Assembly: GCA_963740575.1 (NCBI GenBank)
Contig: CAVUET010000003.1
Span: 870,887 to 934,886, forward strand
Length of the DNA stretch: 64,000 nt
Source: an uncultured Actinomycetota bacterium
GTDB taxonomy: Bacteria > Actinomycetota > Actinomycetes > Actinomycetales > Kineosporiaceae
Reading direction: 5' to 3'
Within the stretch, counting starts at the first letter, position 1; every line of letters begins with the position of its first letter. This document shows, one piece after another, positions 58,933 through 64,000 of this stretch. The notes beneath the pieces are model-generated. The model saw only the letters and a program-made list of their open reading frames with translations, was not told the DNA's origin and searched no databases. Position numbers and translations under genes: made by a program.

Positions 58933-61900
58933 TCAGCCCGGCCAGGGCACCTGCACCGGCTGCCAGTCGCCGGCGCGGACCAGGACGCCGCGCCCGGCGG
59001 CGGTCGCCCCGCCGGTCGCGGTGCGCGGCAGCCGGAGGCCGAACAGGTCGCCGTCGTTCGGCTGCTGCGGGGCCAGCAGCAGGCCGGACCGGGACTTCTT
59101 CAGCGCCACGACCGGGCCGCGGTACACCCCGCTCAGCTCGTCCAGGGTGCCGGCCGCGATCACCGCGGACCCGGTGTCCCGGATCAGGCCAAGGTGCTCG
59201 GTGATCAGGTCCGGCAGCCACCCGTCAGCCCCGATCAGCTCGAGGTCGTCCAGCACCAGCAGGGACGGCGCGGCGGCGCCGGGGGCGAGACCGCGCACCG
59301 CGGCGGTGACCTCCTCGCGGGGCGCCTCGGCGGGCAGACAGGTCAGCAGCCCGGCGGACACGGCCGGGTCCGGGGTCAGGTCACGCAACGGGCTGACCCG
59401 GGCGGTGAGCACGACGGCGCGCCAGCCCCGCCGCAGGGCCGCGGTCAGGACCACCCGCAGCGCCGTGCTGCGGCCGCTGCGGCGCGGCCCGGCGACCAGG
59501 ATCCCGGGACCGTGCTCGATCACGTCCAGGGCGCACAGCGACAGCACGTCACCGCCGACCCCGATCGGCAGGGCCGTGACGGGCAGCGGCTGCTCGGCGA
59601 GTCCGAGCGCCTCGTCCAGGGTGATCCGGGCCGGCAGCGGGTCGACCCGGAACGGCTGCAGCTCGCGCGGGATCCGCCCGGCCCGCTCGCCGGCCCGGCG
59701 GCCCAGCGCCTGCAGGGCAGCGACCTGCGCGGGGCCGCTCGGGTCGTCGGCCAGCAGCGTGACCTGGACCTCCTGGACACCCTCGGACCGGAAGCCCCGT
59801 CCGGGCGGCAGCTGCGCGGGGACCTGCCGTGCGGGCAGGCCGATCGAGGCGTAGTCGGCGGGATCGGCCAGGCGCAGCACGAGCTTGTCGTCGATCGTGG
59901 TGGACAGCCGCCCGACCAGACCGGTCCGGTCGCAGCTGAGCACGACCTTGACACCGGCGCCCGCGCCCTCGGCGAGGATCTGCATCCACTGATCCACCAG
60001 CCGCCCGCCGTCGTAGGCATCGAAGGCGGCGATGAAGCCCTCCCAGCGGTCCAGCAGGACGAGCAGGTACGGCAGCCGCTGATCCGGCGGCGCGGCGGCG
60101 CGCTGCTCGCGCAGATCGGCGAAACCCTGCTCGGTCAGCAGGCGCTGCCGGCGAACGATCTCGGCCAGCAACCGGTCGGTCAGCCGCGCCAGCCGGCCCG
60201 GCTGGTCCCGGGTGACGACAGCCCCGGTGTGCGGCAGCCCCAGCAACGGCAGCAGCGCGTTGTTCCCGCAGTCGACGCCGTACAGGTGCACGTCCCGCGG
60301 ATCGACGTCCCGGGCCACCGCGCCCGCGATCGCGCGCAGTGCCGTGGACCGTCCGGACCGGGGCGCCCCGATCACGCTCAGGTGCCCGGCGCCGGCGAGG
60401 TCGTACCGGGCGGCCTCCTGCCGCTGCCGGGCCGGCAGGTCGACGGCCCCGAAGGCCAGCGGCGGCACAGCGACCCGGGCCCGCCCACCCACGGGCAGCT
60501 CCGGCTCACCGGCGCCGTCCAGCGCGAGGGCGGCCTCCAGGGTGAGCCGCTCGGGCAGCGCGGGCAGCCACGGGCTGGGCTGGGCGGGCAACCGCAGTGA
60601 CCGTGCGGTCTCGCCGAGAGCCTCCACCAGGGCGGCCAGGTCGGTGTCGTCGGACTCCTCGATCGCGACCGCGCGCGGGGCCGGCAGCGGCGCACCGAGC
60701 TCCGAGCGGGCCAGTTCGCGCACCCACGGCGCGGGCAGCCCGGTGCGTGCCGACCCGGGCCGACGGCCGCCGACCCGCGCCGACTGGAAGGCCACCAGGG
60801 TGGCGTGCCCGAGCCGCGCGTAGGCCCGCCCGGGGGTGCCGCGGGAGATCCGGGCGGCGTCCGGCGCCTCGATCACGTCGCTGCTCTCGCCCGCGTCGGT
60901 GACCCGCAGGGCGATCCGCAGGTTGGTGTTGGCGCGGATCTCCGGCGACACGACGCCGGACGGTCGCTGGGTGGCCAGGACGAGGTGGATCCCGAGCGAG
61001 CGGCCGCGCTGGGCGATGTTGACCAGGCCGGTGACGAAGTCGGGCAGCTCGCGGGCCAGCGAGGCGAACTCGTCGATCACGATGACCAGGCGGGGCAGGG
61101 GCTGCGGGCCGCCCGGGCGATCGGACAGCTCGGTGTAGTCCTCCAGGTCCTTCGCCCCGGCCGCGGCCAGCAGGTGCTCCCGGCGGCGCAGCTCGGCGGA
61201 CAGCGACTCCAGGGCCCGGCCGACCAGATGGTCGTCGAGGTCGGTGACCATGCCGACGGTGTGCGGCAGCCGGACGCAGTCCTTGAACGCCGAGCCGCCC
61301 TTGTAGTCCACCAGCACGAAGGTGATGGCGTCCGGGCGGTTGGCTGCCGCCAGGGACGCGACCAGCGTCTGCAGCAGCTCGGACTTGCCCGCCCCGGTGG
61401 TGCCGGCGAGCAACGCGTGCGGACCGTCGGTGCGCAGGTCGATCGCGAGCGGTCCGTCCAGACCCTGCCCGACCAGCGCCCGGGTGGTCCGCCCGCCGGC
61501 AAGCCAGCGCGCCGCGATCCGGTCGGCCCGCGGCGGGTCCAGGTCGAGCAGGTCGAGCAGCCGGACGCCCGCCGGCAGCCCGACCTCGCCGCTGTCGCCG
61601 ACGTCCCGGATCGGCGCCAGGCTTCGGGCCACCCGCTCGCACCAGCCGTCCGGCACCAGGTCGGCCCGCACACCCTCCACCACGTCCGCGCGCTGCCGCC
61701 TGACCCGCAGGCCGTCCAGGGTCTCGCTGACGACGGCGGTGCACTCCTCGGGCAGCAGGCGCTCGTCGGTGTCCAGGCAGATCGCCCGGATGCCGAGCGC
61801 CGGGCCGTCGGCCAGCAGCGGCACCACACCGGGCATGGAACGCAGCCGCCGGGCACCGTCGAGGACCACGACGAGATCGGGGTCGCGGAAGGTCATCGCC

Positions 61901-63615
61901 GCCTGCCGGGCGTCCGCCGCGGCCCGCTTGCGCGCGGCGAGCACGGCTCCCAGCTCTCCCAGCCGTCGGGCCACCGTCTCCGGATCGGCGCCGATCGACA
62001 CCGGCGCGTCCGGGTCATCGGAGGTCCGCAGGTGCGGCAGCCAGCGCGCCCACTCCCACGGCTGGGCGTCGCCGCCGTCGGTGAGCACCACCATGCGGAT
62101 GTCCCGGGGGCTCTGCAGCACCGCGAGCTGGGCGACCGCCCAGCCGGCCAGGCGGCGCGGCAGATCGCCACGGCCGGCGATTCCGAGCACGCCGGCCTCG
62201 CCCAGGGCCACCGTCACCGGGACCCCCGCGGCCGTCCAGGCGACCTGGCGGTCGTGATCCTGCTCGGCGTCCGGATCGTCGATCCGCACGTCCGACGGCA
62301 GGTCCCCGACCCCGAACCGGACTAGCAGGTGGTCCACGTCGCTGCGCCGGCGCTCCCACAGCCGGGCCCGTGGCCCGGTCGTCACCAGCAGCAGCTCACC
62401 CGCATCCGGCGCGGCGGCCCGGCGTGCGGCGGCCTCCTCGACCAGCGCCGCCCGGGCGGCCGCCTCGACGGCCGCCTTCCGCTCCCGGTACTCGGCCGTC
62501 GCCTGGCGATGGCTGCGCTTGCCGCTGCGCCGGTCGGACAGGTACGAGCCGACCGCGGTGATCGGCGAGAACACGCCGATCAGCAGGTAGTACCACATCT
62601 TGAACAGCAGCACGCCGCCGATCGCCAGCAGCAGCGGGGCCACCATCATCAGCAGCGGGAAGGCCCGCCGGGCCGGGGGCTGCGGCCGTCTCGGCAGCCG
62701 GAAGACCGTCTGCCGCAGCGGTGGCAGCAGCCGCGGCGGGCGGTTGTAGTCCAGCCGGACGCCGTCCTCACTGGGCTGCAGGGCGGCATCCGCCGGGGTC
62801 ACGGGATCGGCCTGCAGATCGCAGCCGGGCAGCCGGAGGATCTGCGCCGGCAGCCACTCCAGCTCTGCGGTGACCGGCGTGCCGTCGATCGAGATCGCCG
62901 GGTCCGCAGCTGCCGGCCCGATGGCATCCAGGCCGGGCACCGGGGCCAGCCGGCAGCCGCCGTCGGCACGGACCACGAGCGTCAGCGCCACGGCGGGCAG
63001 CGCCGGATCCGGCAGCCGCACGGTGGCCTGCCGGCCGGAGCCGAGCTGCCACTCCCCCGGCGCCAGCCGGTGCACCAGGCCGGTGCCGTGGCCCGCGGTG
63101 ACCCGGACGTCGAGCACGCCCTGGGGTTCGGCCGGAAGGCAGCCCGACGGGTCGCCGAGGCTGACCACGCAGCCTTCGCGCATCCCCGACCGGGACAGCT
63201 CGGCGCCGGGGTCGAGGGCCCGGCCGAGGACGTACGCGGGCATCCCCGCGCCGTCCCACCCTGAGCTGTCCCCCTCGGCCGGGTCAGCGGCGGCGTGGCG
63301 GTGGCGGCCGGAGGAGGGCTGCGGGCGCCGGGAGGCCAGGCTGATGATCGCGCCCATGCCCGTGCCGTCCCCTGGTCCCGCAGGATGTCCGGGCGAGGGC
63401 AGTGCCCCCGACCCGCGGGTGTGTTCCACCAGCGCGTCGATCACCAGGCGCGTCGCGGTGGCAGGGTCCGCGTCCACGACGACATCCGACCGATACCCGA
63501 CCTGCGGGTCGGCCACGGTGAGCGTGAACCGCACCGGCGAAACCCTCCCTCGCTGGACCACCCGCACGCGGGCCGCGCTGGACGCGCAGCAGACTAGAGC
63601 CTGGAGCGCGTCCAC
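58933..63615 (-). CDS. EssC/EccC-type FtsK/SpoIIIE-family secretion ATPase (1560 aa) with an N-terminal FHA-like domain and three P-loop ATPase domains
   Basis: Three Walker A sites: GTTGAGKSELLQT, GAPRSGRSTALRA and GPRRSGRSTALRV. Hydrophobic segment FPLLMMVAPLLLAIGGVLLF...WYYLLIGVFSPITAV. GTG start at 63615. Confidence 0.85.
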   Translation of the reverse strand: MDALQALVCCASSAARVRVVQRGRVSPVRFTLTVADPQVGYRSDVVVDADPATATRLVIDALVEHTRGSGALPSPGHPAGPGDGTGMGAIISLASRRPQPSSGRHRHAAADPAEGDSSGWDGAGMPAYVLGRALDPGAELSRSGMREGCVVSLGDPSGCLPAEPQGVLDVRVTAGHGTGLVHRLAPGEWQLGSGRQATVRLPDPALPAVALTLVVRADGGCRLAPVPGLDAIGPAAADPAISIDGTPVTAELEWLPAQILRLPGCDLQADPVTPADAALQPSEDGVRLDYNRPPRLLPPLRQTVFRLPRRPQPPARRAFPLLMMVAPLLLAIGGVLLFKMWYYLLIGVFSPITAVGSYLSDRRSGKRSHRQATAEYRERKAAVEAAARAALVEEAAARRAAAPDAGELLLVTTGPRARLWERRRSDVDHLLVRFGVGDLPSDVRIDDPDAEQDHDRQVAWTAAGVPVTVALGEAGVLGIAGRGDLPRRLAGWAVAQLAVLQSPRDIRMVVLTDGGDAQPWEWARWLPHLRTSDDPDAPVSIGADPETVARRLGELGAVLAARKRAAADARQAAMTFRDPDLVVVLDGARRLRSMPGVVPLLADGPALGIRAICLDTDERLLPEECTAVVSETLDGLRVRRQRADVVEGVRADLVPDGWCERVARSLAPIRDVGDSGEVGLPAGVRLLDLLDLDPPRADRIAARWLAGGRTTRALVGQGLDGPLAIDLRTDGPHALLAGTTGAGKSELLQTLVASLAAANRPDAITFVLVDYKGGSAFKDCVRLPHTVGMVTDLDDHLVGRALESLSAELRRREHLLAAAGAKDLEDYTELSDRPGGPQPLPRLVIVIDEFASLARELPDFVTGLVNIAQRGRSLGIHLVLATQRPSGVVSPEIRANTNLRIALRVTDAGESSDVIEAPDAARISRGTPGRAYARLGHATLVAFQSARVGGRRPGSARTGLPAPWVRELARSELGAPLPAPRAVAIEESDDTDLAALVEALGETARSLRLPAQPSPWLPALPERLTLEAALALDGAGEPELPVGGRARVAVPPLAFGAVDLPARQRQEAARYDLAGAGHLSVIGAPRSGRSTALRAIAGAVARDVDPRDVHLYGVDCGNNALLPLLGLPHTGAVVTRDQPGRLARLTDRLLAEIVRRQRLLTEQGFADLREQRAAAPPDQRLPYLLVLLDRWEGFIAAFDAYDGGRLVDQWMQILAEGAGAGVKVVLSCDRTGLVGRLSTTIDDKLVLRLADPADYASIGLPARQVPAQLPPGRGFRSEGVQEVQVTLLADDPSGPAQVAALQALGRRAGERAGRIPRELQPFRVDPLPARITLDEALGLAEQPLPVTALPIGVGGDVLSLCALDVIEHGPGILVAGPRRSGRSTALRVVLTAALRRGWRAVVLTARVSPLRDLTPDPAVSAGLLTCLPAEAPREEVTAAVRGLAPGAAAPSLLVLDDLELIGADGWLPDLITEHLGLIRDTGSAVIAAGTLDELSGVYRGPVVALKKSRSGLLLAPQQPNDGDLFGLRLPRTATGGATAAGRGVLVRAGDWQPVQVPWPG

Positions 63616-63694
63616 CCCCGCCTCGGCGTTGTCCTCTGATATGAAAATGGGGTGTGCCGGGGCTCCGATGGCCCGATTCCAGATCAGAGGACGT

Positions 63695-64000
63695 GTCAGA
63701 CACGATGCAGCGCACAGGCAAGCGACAGGGCAGTGGCGTCGGTGCCGCGCTGGTCGTGCTAGGCGTCGCGCTGACGGCGGGGTGCGGGCACTCGGTCTCG
63801 GTGCCGTCGGTCTCGGTGCCGTCGCTCTCGGTGCCGTCGGTCTCGATCCCGCGGCTGTCCGGCATCGACCTGAGCAAGACCGACCCGGCCAGCGCCAAGC
63901 ACGCGGTCTGCACGGCCACCGACGTCTGGTTGAGCGCCGACGAGACGACCCGGCGGCTGATCCGCCCCACGGTAGAGACGGTGATCGCCCACTACCGGGC
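63695..64000 (+). CDS. Lipoprotein (lipobox LTAGC) with SVSVP repeats, 3' partial at the window edge
   Basis: Reads MQRTGKRQGSGVGAALVVLGVALTAGCGHSVSVPSVSVPSLSVPSVSIP... It is divergent from the EssC-like gene. Confidence 0.5.

Overview
Very high-GC (about 72%) actinobacterial chromosomal window that mixes housekeeping genes with several accessory segments.

Housekeeping genes: dnaG, dgt, dusB, glyQS, an ACT-domain malic enzyme, a flotillin-like SPFH protein and an FAD oxidoreductase.

Accessory segments:
1. 1.5-4.4 kb: a signal-less GH25 endolysin-like lysozyme next to two decayed toxin-antitoxin modules (VapB with a frameshifted VapC, and an AbrB-type antitoxin with a Doc remnant).
2. 12.9-15.3 kb: a 3' remnant of a large serine recombinase abutting one of two direct copies of tRNA-Met. 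The copies bracket a 1.47 kb cassette carrying a VOC/glyoxalase gene and yefM/yoeB.
3. 37.2-41.0 kb: an operon of ABC ATPase, ABC-2 permease, DesK-like histidine kinase and LuxR response regulator. Every gene except the regulator carries frameshifts.
4. 43.1-55.1 kb: a complete actinobacterial Tad/Flp pilus locus (cpaB, tadZ-like, tadA/cpaF, tadB, tadC, flp, two tadE-like genes, a tadG-like gene). It has start/stop overlaps of 1-4 nt at six consecutive junctions (secreted protein through tadZ-like), paralogous flanking lipoproteins and a large LysM+BTAD membrane protein.
5. 55.3-64.0 kb: a type VII secretion-like module next to the Tad locus. It has a WXG100 protein, a second small helical protein, a 714-aa protein of unknown function, lipoproteins and a 1560-aa EssC-type multi-FtsK-domain ATPase with an FHA-like N-terminus.

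Other notable genes:
- a 1012-aa tri-domain fusion of APH-type kinase, M23 peptidase and class-III aminotransferase;
- an S8 subtilase with a C-terminal W-rich pentapeptide repeat array;
- an HD-GYP protein with a basic repeat tail;
- a convergent GT2/GT-C glycosyltransferase pair whose 3' ends share one tandem repeat on opposite strands;
- tRNA-Asn.

Many ORFs in the track are antisense shadow ORFs typical of high-GC DNA and were not called.
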